Shown here: positions 39,956-48,808 of the stretch, piece after piece
Layout: every line of letters begins with the position of its first letter
Numbering within the stretch: the first letter of the stretch is position 1
DNA from: an uncultured Pelagibacteraceae bacterium
GTDB lineage: Bacteria > Pseudomonadota > Alphaproteobacteria > Pelagibacterales > Pelagibacteraceae
Direction: 5' to 3'
Length of the DNA: 64,000 bases
Assembly (NCBI GenBank): GCA_902566775.1
Contig: CACFKF010000001.1
Location: forward strand, 59,167 to 123,166
Notes under the pieces: model-generated
What the model was told of the DNA's origin: nothing
Databases searched by the model: none
The model's input: only the letters and a program-made list of their open reading frames with translations
Translations under genes and position numbers: made by a program

Positions 39956-41293
39956 GTGAGTTTAAAAAATAGATACAGAGGATATGATCAGGCAAAAAAT
40001 CCTGGATATGATCAGCTAATTGCTCATACTGACCATGGCACTCCAGCAGGAGAATATCTTAGAAGATATTGGCACCCAGTAGCACTTTCTACTGAAGTTA
40101 CTACTACTCCTTTAGAAATACGTATACTCGGTGAAGATTTAGTAATTTTTAAAACTACAGAAGATAAGATAGGCTTAGTACATAAATATTGTACTCACAG
40201 AAGAACATCTTTGGTTTTTGGAAAGATAGAATCTAAAGGTATAAGATGTTGTTATCATGGGTGGTTGTTTTCTCCTGATGGAGAAATTTTAGAAACTCCT
40301 GGAGAAAATCCAGAATCTAAACAAGCAAAGCTTGTAAGAGAAAAATTTAAATTAGGAGCTTACCCAATTAAAGAATTTAATGGAATAATATTTGCTTATA
40401 TGGGTCCTCCAGAAAAAATACCTGCGTTTCCTCATTATGATGCTTATGAAACTCCTTATGCTAAAAGAAGTCCTTATAAAATTAATTATAATTGTAATTG
40501 GATACAAGTACTTGATGCAATTATGGATCCAGTCCACACATCTTTTCTTCATGGTCAAAGCTCAGGAATACAATTTTCTGAAGGTTTTGCTGAAGTTGGC
40601 GAGATTGAATTTTTTGAAAGAGGAACTCAATATCTTGGAGCTAATATAAGAAGAATTAATGATAACGTATGGATTAGAGTAAATGAACTAATTTTACCTA
40701 ACTTTACACAAGCTGGTTCAGCATTTGCAGTAGATGGAACAAAAAATAAATATTTTGGAAGAAGTTCATTTACAAGATGGGTGGTTCCAATAGACGACCA
40801 CCAATGTGTAGCTATTGCCTGGGCTAACTTTGGAGAAAGAGGTGATCCAATTGAATATGATAATAAAGAAGGATATGAAAAAATAGAAGCAGGCGAAATA
40901 GTTGATAGAACTTTTGAAGAAAAACAAAAAAGCCCTGGGGATGCTGAAGCAGTAGAAGGAATGGGATCAATAAGCGCACATAAAGGCGAACATTTAATGT
41001 CAACTGACTACGGAATTATGGCGTACAGAAAACATATTAGAAAGTCAATAAAAGCTCTAGAGAAAGGAGTAGATCCTAAACAGCCTCAAAAAAATGGAGA
41101 TACTATAAAAACATATGGTCAAGATACAGTTTTAAGAGTCCCAAAAAGAAACATTGATGATAGAAAATTTATTAAATCAATTGGATCAGTTGTTCTGAAA
41201 TTACAATTTGAATCAGAGAAAATGCCAATTAAAGAACGCGACACTTTTATAATCAATCAGTTGTCAGATATGGAAAAAAAAGGAGCATTTTGA
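39956..41293 (+). CDS. Rieske oxygenase alpha subunit, phthalate dioxygenase / LigX-type
   Basis: GTPAGEYLRRYWHP, CTHR...CCYHGW and DPVHTSFLH; GTG start with AAGGAG RBS. Confidence 0.85.
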   Translation: MSLKNRYRGYDQAKNPGYDQLIAHTDHGTPAGEYLRRYWHPVALSTEVTTTPLEIRILGEDLVIFKTTEDKIGLVHKYCTHRRTSLVFGKIESKGIRCCYHGWLFSPDGEILETPGENPESKQAKLVREKFKLGAYPIKEFNGIIFAYMGPPEKIPAFPHYDAYETPYAKRSPYKINYNCNWIQVLDAIMDPVHTSFLHGQSSGIQFSEGFAEVGEIEFFERGTQYLGANIRRINDNVWIRVNELILPNFTQAGSAFAVDGTKNKYFGRSSFTRWVVPIDDHQCVAIAWANFGERGDPIEYDNKEGYEKIEAGEIVDRTFEEKQKSPGDAEAVEGMGSISAHKGEHLMSTDYGIMAYRKHIRKSIKALEKGVDPKQPQKNGDTIKTYGQDTVLRVPKRNIDDRKFIKSIGSVVLKLQFESEKMPIKERDTFIINQLSDMEKKGAF

Positions 41294-42315
41294 CAGAAAA
41301 AAAAATAAAAATTCATATAAAAAATAATCATTGGGCACCAGGGTCATTTCCTACTGATGCTGAAGGTGAAAAAAATTTTACAATAACCAAAGATCGTTTT
41401 TATAAAGTTCTAAATAAATTTCCAGAAATTAAAGAAAAAGTAGAAGTTTTTATTGATTGGGATGAAGATAATTTTAATTCCTCAATTAAAAATTCTGATA
41501 TTTTGGTTGCTTGGAATTTTCCAATAAAAAATCTTAAAGAAATAGCACCAAATCTTAAATGGATACATGTTGTTTCAGCTGGTGTAGAACATTTGCTTCC
41601 TTTAGATTGGATGAGTGATGATTTAGTTTTAACTAATAGCAGTGGTGTACATGCAAAAAAGGCCGGCGAGTATGGATTAATGAGCATTTTAATGTTGCAA
41701 AATCACATGACTAAAATAATTACTAATCAAAAAAATAAAGAATTTGTTTCACTGTTTAGTAATCCAATTGCAGGAAAAACAGTAGTTGTAGTAGGTACAG
41801 GATCACTAGGTGGATCAATGGCAAAACATGTTTCTGCATTGGGAGCAAATATTATTGGAGTTAACAAAAGAGGAAAGGAAGCCGAAGGTTGCTCAAAAGT
41901 TATTACTATAGATAAAATTGATACTGTTTTGCCTAAAGCTGATTTTTTATATTTAGCGCTTCCAGAAACACCTGAAACTAAAGATCTAATTAACAAGAAA
42001 AGACTTGATATGCTTAAGCCAACTTGCGGAATTATAAACATAGGAAGGCAATCAGTTATGGATTATGATGTATTAAGTGAAAAACTTAAAAAAAATGAAA
42101 TAGCAGGAGCAATACTTGATGTATTTTCACATGAGCCTATCGATAAAAATTCAAGACTTTGGGATATTCCTAATTTAGTTATCACTCCACATGTGTCTTC
42201 AGACGATGATGGAAACTATGTTGAATTAACACTGGGCATATTCATTAGTAATTTAAAACTATTTATTGAAAAGAAAGAATTATTAAATCAGGTTGATAGA
42301 AAACTAGGATATTAA
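41290..42315 (+). CDS. D-2-hydroxyacid dehydrogenase family protein
   Basis: SAGVE, GTGSLG, LPETPET, NIGR, LDVFSHEP and TPHVS. Confidence 0.88.
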   Translation: MTEKKIKIHIKNNHWAPGSFPTDAEGEKNFTITKDRFYKVLNKFPEIKEKVEVFIDWDEDNFNSSIKNSDILVAWNFPIKNLKEIAPNLKWIHVVSAGVEHLLPLDWMSDDLVLTNSSGVHAKKAGEYGLMSILMLQNHMTKIITNQKNKEFVSLFSNPIAGKTVVVVGTGSLGGSMAKHVSALGANIIGVNKRGKEAEGCSKVITIDKIDTVLPKADFLYLALPETPETKDLINKKRLDMLKPTCGIINIGRQSVMDYDVLSEKLKKNEIAGAILDVFSHEPIDKNSRLWDIPNLVITPHVSSDDDGNYVELTLGIFISNLKLFIEKKELLNQVDRKLGY

Positions 42316-42321
42316 ATAATT

Positions 42322-42630
42322 TTAGACAGAGTCTATCGAATTTAAAATTTTTACTTCTCTTGGCTTTTCCAACAACTCTTCTATTTTAGACCTATAATTT
42401 TTGTAGTGCGATGAATTACGGTGAAAATCCAAGGCAGCAGAATTCTTATAAACTTCAAAAAGATGAAAAGAAATTATTTTTCCTTGATTATTTTTTTCTT
42501 CATAAAAATTATAAAATTCATTTCCTTTTTCGGACCTAGTAGGATTTACCATGGCAAGTAAAGTTTCCTTTACCTCATTATTTTTATCATTTTTTGGATA
42601 AAAACTGGCAAACACTGTTATTTTAGACAT
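42322..42630 (-). CDS. Antibiotic biosynthesis monooxygenase (ABM / quinol monooxygenase) family protein
   Basis: PTRSEKGNEFY and FHLFEVY..AALDFHRNSSHY. Confidence 0.8.
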   Translation of the reverse strand: MSKITVFASFYPKNDKNNEVKETLLAMVNPTRSEKGNEFYNFYEEKNNQGKIISFHLFEVYKNSAALDFHRNSSHYKNYRSKIEELLEKPREVKILNSIDSV

Positions 42631-42633
42631 AAT

Positions 42634-43518
42634 TTATTTGTAGTTTTTCAATTTTAGTTTTTCTCTAGTTTCTGCAGGAGTCATAGTGGATACTCCAAGA
42701 TCATTTACAATTCTTATTGCTTTTTCAACTAGTTGAGCATTCGTAGCTAACTTTCCTTTTTCTAAATATAAATTGTCTTCTAACCCTACCCTTGGGTTTC
42801 CACCCATAATTACTGTTTGAGCAACAAATGGCATTTCATTTTTTGAAATTGCAAAACCAGACCAAATCCCTTCCTTTGGCATGACGTCTTTCATTGCTTG
42901 CATAGCTAAAGGTGTGGCCGGTGCCCCCCAGGGAATACCTAGACACATTTGAAACATTGGTGGATCATTTAATAATCCTTCTTTATATAATTGAGCTCCA
43001 AACCACATGTTTCCTAAATCAAAAGCTTCTATTTCTGGTTTGACATTTATTTCTTGTAATCTTTTTGCAGCTTTTCTTAAATCATTAGGTGTGTTTACAG
43101 TAATTACTGAACTGTCTCCAAAGTTTAAAGTTCCACAGTCAAGCGTACATATTTCTGGTAAAAATTGTTCTGCGTTTGCAATTCTTTCCATAACATTTGC
43201 CATATCTGTTAATGGTCCAAACTCTAAAGGATTTTTGCCTTGTCCAATGTCTAAATCCCCTCCCATTCCAGTTGTAAGATTTAAGATAACGTCGGTATCG
43301 CTTGAACGAATTCTATCCACAACTTCTTTATATAATTCAAGTCTTCTACTAGGTGTTCCGTCTTCTTCTCTAACATGAATGTGGGCTATTGCCGCTCCAG
43401 CTTTAGCGGCCTCTATAGCTGCAGTTGCTATTTGCTCTGGTGTTTTTGGTAAATCAGGGTGTTTTTTAGCTGTATCACCTGATCCAGTTACTGCACAAGA
43501 TATAAAAACTTTACTCAT
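42634..43518 (-). CDS. Beta-keto acid cleavage enzyme (BKACE/DUF849), 3-dehydrocarnitine cleavage (CdhC)-like
   Basis: SCAVTGSGDT, AHIHVR, NLTTGMGGD, CTLDCGTLNF and RVGLEDN. Confidence 0.85.
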   Translation of the reverse strand: MSKVFISCAVTGSGDTAKKHPDLPKTPEQIATAAIEAAKAGAAIAHIHVREEDGTPSRRLELYKEVVDRIRSSDTDVILNLTTGMGGDLDIGQGKNPLEFGPLTDMANVMERIANAEQFLPEICTLDCGTLNFGDSSVITVNTPNDLRKAAKRLQEINVKPEIEAFDLGNMWFGAQLYKEGLLNDPPMFQMCLGIPWGAPATPLAMQAMKDVMPKEGIWSGFAISKNEMPFVAQTVIMGGNPRVGLEDNLYLEKGKLATNAQLVEKAIRIVNDLGVSTMTPAETREKLKLKNYK

Positions 43519-43553
43519 TTTTTTTTTAAAGAAATTATACTATCATATTAAAT

Positions 43554-44282
43554 ATGGAAAGATCAGAAATATTAAATGATTTAGCAGCTGTTTTTAGATG
43601 GACAGCAAAACTAAATATGCACGAAGGTATTGCTAATCACTTTAGTGTATGTGTACCAGACTCTGATGGTGATTTTTATGTCAATGGAACCGGTATGCAT
43701 TTTAGCAATATTAAAGCTAGTGATTTAGTTTTGATTGAAAACAAAAAATTTGAAGAAATGAAAAAAAAACCTGAAATAGTTGATCCAACCGCAATAAATA
43801 TTCATGGCACAATTCATAAAAAAGTTCCAAATGCAAAATGCATACTTCATGTACACTCCAAGTATGCTTTGGCGCTATCGTGTTTAAAAGATCCAACTCT
43901 TCCACCTATAGATCAAAATACTATGCGTTTTTATAATAGAGTAGCAGTATACAAAGATTTTGGAGGATTAGGCTTTGAAGAAGAATCTGAAAAAATGGCA
44001 AATAGTATTGGTAATTATAATATTCTTTTACTAGCCAATCATGGAATTTTAACCGCAGCACCAACTGTTGCTCAAGCCTTTGATGATTTATATTATTTTG
44101 AAAAAGCGTGCGAAACATATATTACAGCTTTATCAACTGGAAAAGAATTAAATATAGCAAGTCCAGAAGTTGCGGAAAAAACTGCCCAAGATTGGGAAAA
44201 TTATAGTACTGATATGGGTGATCTACATTTAAAAGCTATAAGATTAGTTTTAGATTCTGAAGATCCTAGTTACAAACAATAA
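43554..44282 (+). CDS. Class II aldolase/adducin family protein
   Basis: EGIANHFS, IHGTIH, LHVHS and LANHG metal-binding motifs. Confidence 0.88.
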   Translation: MERSEILNDLAAVFRWTAKLNMHEGIANHFSVCVPDSDGDFYVNGTGMHFSNIKASDLVLIENKKFEEMKKKPEIVDPTAINIHGTIHKKVPNAKCILHVHSKYALALSCLKDPTLPPIDQNTMRFYNRVAVYKDFGGLGFEEESEKMANSIGNYNILLLANHGILTAAPTVAQAFDDLYYFEKACETYITALSTGKELNIASPEVAEKTAQDWENYSTDMGDLHLKAIRLVLDSEDPSYKQ

Positions 44283-44295
44283 TAAAAAATATTTT

Positions 44296-44757
44296 ATGAA
44301 AAAAATATTAATTATTTTATTATTTATTACTACTCCTCTACAGGCTGAAAAAATTGAACAGTTGAGTTGGTTTAATTTACAAGAACTTCTGGAAGACGAC
44401 AATTTAACTTACAAAATTATTAAAAGTTGTGTTTCTTTGAATTCTGCTGTAACAGAAATCATTAGCGAAGAACATCCTGAACTGGGAAAAAAATTTTTTG
44501 AAACTGCAAATTATTTGTATCCCTTTGGTATTCTCACTTTATCAAAAATAAAAAAAATTAATTATAATGATGCTCAAAAAGAATATTCAAACAGTATAGA
44601 TGATCAAACCAAAGACTATATGGACTTCATGATGCAAAATGGAGTAATAAACCAAAGTTTTATTGAGGGAACTTTTTTAGGAGATGATATTGCTTATTGC
44701 AATGAAATTAGATCCGCAATAGAAATAACTCTCTCGGAATCAAAGAAGCAACAATAA
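44296..44757 (+). CDS. Hypothetical exported protein
   Basis: Signal peptide MKKILIILLFITTPLQA; two Cys; no family recognised. Confidence 0.65.
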   Translation: MKKILIILLFITTPLQAEKIEQLSWFNLQELLEDDNLTYKIIKSCVSLNSAVTEIISEEHPELGKKFFETANYLYPFGILTLSKIKKINYNDAQKEYSNSIDDQTKDYMDFMMQNGVINQSFIEGTFLGDDIAYCNEIRSAIEITLSESKKQQ

Positions 44758-44758
44758 A

Positions 44759-45076
44759 TTATTCTGACTTTTTAAACTTTGGAATTTTAGACTTCTTTTT
44801 CTTTTTCTTTAATTTAGGTTTTTTAGGTATTTTAGATTTTTTAGTTCCTTTAACTTCTTCTTCCGCGCTTGCGCCAACTTCTTCTATGGCTTCTAATATC
44901 TCAGTGCATTTTGTTGAATTACAAAAATAAGTAGATCCTGTTTTTGTATTGTATAAGTAAGCACCGCAATTATCTTTTTTTTTTATAGTACAGTTAACTG
45001 GCTCTAATCGATATTCTGCAAACACATTTGTTGAAGAAAACAAAATAAATATAAAAAATAAAAAAAACTTTTTCAT
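44759..45076 (-). CDS. Hypothetical exported protein with 4 Cys and a polybasic tail
   Basis: Signal peptide ending in VFA; KKSKIPK occurs twice in a Lys-rich C-terminus. Confidence 0.6.
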   Translation of the reverse strand: MKKFFLFFIFILFSSTNVFAEYRLEPVNCTIKKKDNCGAYLYNTKTGSTYFCNSTKCTEILEAIEEVGASAEEEVKGTKKSKIPKKPKLKKKKKKSKIPKFKKSE

Positions 45077-45294
45077 AAAATTAATTTACCTAAATAATAA
45101 AAAAATACATTTTGATTCAACTCCTATTAGAAAAAATTATCAACTATTATTTAACTTAGCTTAGTATATTTTTTCCATTAAAAACAAACTATAATTTTAC
45201 GTCTATAATTTATATATATAAATAAGACATGCATATAGCTGGAAATGCTCACCTATAAATGAGACAATAAGTAAATAATAAGGAGGGATGAACT

Positions 45295-46497
45295 ATGAGA
45301 ATAAGTAAAATAATCTATGTTGTTCTTTTCTCTTGGATTTTAGGAATTTTTAGCGCTGCTTCTGCACAAGAACTGTGCACAGAGTGTTTAAGTAAAGTCC
45401 CTAAAGATATGAGAGATTATGTATACAACATGGACTTTATGGATAAAGACCAACCTCTAGGACCAACTGTAATGAAAGGTTGGAAAAGTCCTAGAAAACC
45501 ACCTTGGACAATAGGTTATGCTAGTACTTATGCTGGTAATACTTGGCGTAAAGGTGCTATGGAGCGTTTAATGGAAGTTGTTTATCCAAAATGGAAAGCT
45601 CTAGGAATGGTTGATGAAATTGTAATTACTCAATCTAATTTAGATGACACATTGCAAATTCAACAAATGAGACAGATGATCGATGGTGGAAAAGTCGATG
45701 CCATTATTATCTGCTGTTCAAACTTAACAGCACTTAACCAAACAATTAAATATGGATGGGAAAAAGGCGTTCCAACATTATCTTTTACAGGTTTTACGAC
45801 TTCGCCATATTCAATCAACACTTCAGTTAACTACCGTCTAGTTGGTTTTTATATTGGAGCATGGATGGCTGAATTAATTGGTGAAAAAGGAAATGTAATA
45901 GTAATGGACGGAATTCCAGGTTATTCAGCATCTGACCAACAGAGTGATGGAATGCTTGAGGGTTTAGGACAATATCCTAACATAAAAGTTGTTGCACAGT
46001 TAGCGCATAACTGGACATCTCAAGTTGCTCAAAAAGAACTATCTCAGTGGTTATCAAGTAACCCAATAGAGATACATGGTATTGCTGTTCAATCTTCAGG
46101 AGAGACTGGAACTTTACAAGCATTACTTCAATCTGGCCGTGATCCAATTCCACCAATCGCATTAGGTGGAGAGTTGGGAGCTCTATGTTATTGGAGACAA
46201 AACCCAGGTTATATTGATGAAGCAATATATGCTTGGCCTCCAGGAGATGAGATAGAGTTAGGTATGGAAGTAATGATCAGAACTTTACAAGGCCAAGGTC
46301 CAAGAATTCAATCTATATTGGTTGGCCCTGCAACAAAGAGTTTTGATGATATCGCAGCTGTTTTAGGTGAAGATTGTGATAGAAACTCTACTGGTTGGGA
46401 TAATCCGGGAATAGAAAACTGGGCTCCAAGAGCTTATGTTGAATCGTTCTTTGATAATCCATCTGATCCGGAGAAATACGATCCAAAATCTCACTAA
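45295..46497 (+). CDS. Sugar-type (PBP1 / RbsB-like) ABC substrate-binding protein
   Basis: Signal peptide; YAGNTWR, QIQQMRQMID, VDAIIIC and MDGIPG; AGGAGG RBS. Confidence 0.85.
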   Translation: MRISKIIYVVLFSWILGIFSAASAQELCTECLSKVPKDMRDYVYNMDFMDKDQPLGPTVMKGWKSPRKPPWTIGYASTYAGNTWRKGAMERLMEVVYPKWKALGMVDEIVITQSNLDDTLQIQQMRQMIDGGKVDAIIICCSNLTALNQTIKYGWEKGVPTLSFTGFTTSPYSINTSVNYRLVGFYIGAWMAELIGEKGNVIVMDGIPGYSASDQQSDGMLEGLGQYPNIKVVAQLAHNWTSQVAQKELSQWLSSNPIEIHGIAVQSSGETGTLQALLQSGRDPIPPIALGGELGALCYWRQNPGYIDEAIYAWPPGDEIELGMEVMIRTLQGQGPRIQSILVGPATKSFDDIAAVLGEDCDRNSTGWDNPGIENWAPRAYVESFFDNPSDPEKYDPKSH

Positions 46498-46514
46498 TAC
46501 TTTAAAGCTAAAGT

Positions 46515-48284
46515 ATGAGTGCAGAGCAAAATATAAAAGACAACACCTCTACCAAAGAGGTGTTGTCTAAAAAATCTGAAGCTGTTGTTGGTGATATTTA
46601 TGTTCAAGATGTTCATAAATATTTTGGCGTAACTAAAGCTCTTAATGGAGTTAACTTTAGTGCAAACTTTGGCGAAATCCATGCAATAGTTGGAGGAAAT
46701 GGTTGCGGAAAAAGTACACTTGCAAAAGTAATGTCGGGTGTCTTGCCGATTGATAGAGGTAAAGTTTCTGTTATGGGTCATGTCCCTACCTCGCCTGTAA
46801 TGGCAAGAGAAATGGGAATAGCTACCGTTTTCCAAGAAGTTATGATAGCTGAGGAAGCTTCTGTTGTAGACAACTTATTTGTTGGCTCAGATAGTTTTTG
46901 GTACAAAAATTTAACACAAAGAGAAAAAGTTTTAAAAGCACAAGAACTTATGGAAGATCTTGCTGGGGAATATATAGACCCATACACTCAAGCATTTAAC
47001 TTATCTTTGCCCATTAAAGCTTGGATCACTATAGGAAGAGCATTTTTGCGTGAAAACACAAAAGTATTAATTCTAGATGAATCTTCAGCTGCACTTGATT
47101 TTGATTCAACTGAAAGATTGTTTAAAAAAATGAGAGAACTAAGAGATAATGGTGTTGCAGTTTTTATTGTTACCCACAGAATTGCAGAATTAATACGTAT
47201 AAGCGATAAAGCAACCGTCATGAGGGACGGTAAAGATGTTGGTGTTCTTGAAAAAAAAGATCTTAACGAAAAAAATTTATTGGGTTTAATGACAGGAAGA
47301 ACTGAAACTGGAGAAAAAGGAAAATCTGTTGCTGTAAAAACTAAAACTGACAAAGTAGTAATGAGAGCAGAAAATCTAGTTGTTTGGCCTGAAAGTACGC
47401 CAGTTAATTTTGAAGTACGTAGAGGTGAAATAGTAGGTGTTACAGGGCTAGATGGTAACGGACAGGATGATTTTGTAAAAATTTTAGCAGGTGTACAAGA
47501 ATCTAATGGTGGCACGACCGAAGTCTTAGATATTAACAACAAATTCATAAAATATAATTCTTTAATGGATGCAAAAAAAAATGGAATTTCTTTTGTTTCA
47601 GGAGATAGAAAAAAGGAAGGAATACTTCCCAATCTAAGTATTTACGAAAATTTAGTAGTACCTCTTTATCGAACTACAAGTAAAGCTGGTTGGTTGGGTT
47701 TTGTTAATTGGCTTGAGTTAAATGGTATATACGAATGGGAAGTTGAAAGGCTAAGCATTAAAACTGGCCCAAGAGATAACCTAATAGGTTCGCTTAGTGG
47801 AGGCAACCAACAAAAAGTTATGATAGCCAGATCTTTGGCAACACATCCAAAAATTCTTGTCTTGAATGATCCTGCTAGAGGAATTGATGTAAGCACAAAA
47901 AGAGATTTATACACTCATCTTAGAAATTTTGTAGAAGAGGGAAATACAGTAATCTTCCTATCTAGTGAGCTTGAAGAGTTTATCGGGCTTTGTCCAAAAG
48001 TAATTGTATTTAGACATGGAACAATATTCGATATTTTTGAAAATGAAAAAGTTAACGCAGATACTTTACTCGAAGGAATGTTTGGCCAAACTGCAGGCAT
48101 AGGGTCCACAAGTCTCAGCAGCTCTACCAATTCTAATATTCCTAATAAAACTAATGAAACAAAGACCTATTCAAAAAAACTAGATAACGTGGATAGAAAA
48201 ATTATTAAAGTTGTAGATTTTGATAAACAAAAAAAATCTAAGGAAAATAATTCAGATAAAAAAATAAAAATAAAAACATTTTAA
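46515..48284 (+). CDS. Sugar-type ABC ATP-binding protein (two NBDs) with an unusual C-terminal tail of about 60 aa
   Basis: GGNGCGKS, LILDESSAALD, SGDRKKEG, LSGGNQQKV and DPARGIDV, then a Ser/Asn-rich linker ending IKVVDFDK...IKIKTF. Confidence 0.9.
   Translation: MSAEQNIKDNTSTKEVLSKKSEAVVGDIYVQDVHKYFGVTKALNGVNFSANFGEIHAIVGGNGCGKSTLAKVMSGVLPIDRGKVSVMGHVPTSPVMAREMGIATVFQEVMIAEEASVVDNLFVGSDSFWYKNLTQREKVLKAQELMEDLAGEYIDPYTQAFNLSLPIKAWITIGRAFLRENTKVLILDESSAALDFDSTERLFKKMRELRDNGVAVFIVTHRIAELIRISDKATVMRDGKDVGVLEKKDLNEKNLLGLMTGRTETGEKGKSVAVKTKTDKVVMRAENLVVWPESTPVNFEVRRGEIVGVTGLDGNGQDDFVKILAGVQESNGGTTEVLDINNKFIKYNSLMDAKKNGISFVSGDRKKEGILPNLSIYENLVVPLYRTTSKAGWLGFVNWLELNGIYEWEVERLSIKTGPRDNLIGSLSGGNQQKVMIARSLATHPKILVLNDPARGIDVSTKRDLYTHLRNFVEEGNTVIFLSSELEEFIGLCPKVIVFRHGTIFDIFENEKVNADTLLEGMFGQTAGIGSTSLSSSTNSNIPNKTNETKTYSKKLDNVDRKIIKVVDFDKQKKSKENNSDKKIKIKTF
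48204..48281 (+). repeat. Shared C-terminal peptide tail (motif B), copy in the ABC ATPase
   Basis: IKVVDFDK at 48204-48227 and IKIKTF at 48264-48281; 48204-48227 matches 56773-56796 at 23/24 nt. Confidence 0.85.
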
Positions 48285-48805
48285 TGAAAAAAGAAAATAT
48301 AAATAAATATTACACAGATGAAGATTTAATTTACTTTAATAAATTAAATAATTTTAAAGACTTTAAAACCAAACATCCAAACAATAATCAAGCAACCAAA
48401 CATCCAGTTAAATACTCAGTTTCTGACAATAGTTATTTTAAAAAAATTATGAATATTGAAAATAGTGGAACGCCTGCATCTGAAGAAGTTCAAAAATTAA
48501 AAGAAAATACTTATTATAATTCATCAGATTTTCAAAATTTTAATAAGCTTAAACAATTTTCAAATTTTAATACTGATGAAGACAAAAAAAATAAAAATGA
48601 AAATACAAAAACTGTCACAAACTATACATCTGATGATGTGAATAAATTTGATAAAATTGTCAAAATAAATAATAAAAATACAAATAATAAAGATGTAAAT
48701 AACAAAAAAATTAAAATAATTGATTTTAACAAGCTAAATGAAAGAGAAAAAAATTTTAAAAACAAATTAGGTATTGAAAAAATTAAAGTTGTTTATTTTG
48801 ATTAA
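48284..48805 (+). CDS. Hypothetical low-complexity (N/K-rich) repeat protein, candidate scaffold: 4x motif A plus the motif B tail
   Basis: TAATG coupling to the ATPase and a 3-nt gap to the permease. Motif A at aa 10, 44, 78 and 114; ends IKIIDFNK...GIEKIKVVYFD. Confidence 0.85.
   Translation: MKKENINKYYTDEDLIYFNKLNNFKDFKTKHPNNNQATKHPVKYSVSDNSYFKKIMNIENSGTPASEEVQKLKENTYYNSSDFQNFNKLKQFSNFNTDEDKKNKNENTKTVTNYTSDDVNKFDKIVKINNKNTNNKDVNNKKIKIIDFNKLNEREKNFKNKLGIEKIKVVYFD
48311..48658 (+). repeat. Four periodic copies of peptide motif A, Y-[TSN]-x-x-D-x-x-x-F-x-K-[IL]
   Basis: YTDEDLIYFNKL (48311), YSVSDNSYFKKI (48413), YNSSDFQNFNKL (48515) and YTSDDVNKFDKI (48623); spacing 34, 34 and 36 aa. Confidence 0.85.
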
Positions 48806-48808
48806 TTT

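Noticed and set aside
45077-45294. Guanidine riboswitch / guanidine carboxylase pathway
   Set aside because: No recognisable guanidine riboswitch core, no DUF1989 or allophanate hydrolase genes, and the transporter is sugar-type.
46988-47632. 214-aa antisense ORF and the other short overlapping ORFs in the track (e.g. 13281-13637, 19222-19599, 43007-43378)
   Set aside because: They are shadows of well-supported genes on the opposite strand or another frame, with no motifs or RBS.
48160-48203. KTYSKKLDNVDRKI in the ATPase tail as another motif A copy
   Set aside because: It lacks the conserved Asp at +4 and Phe at +8.
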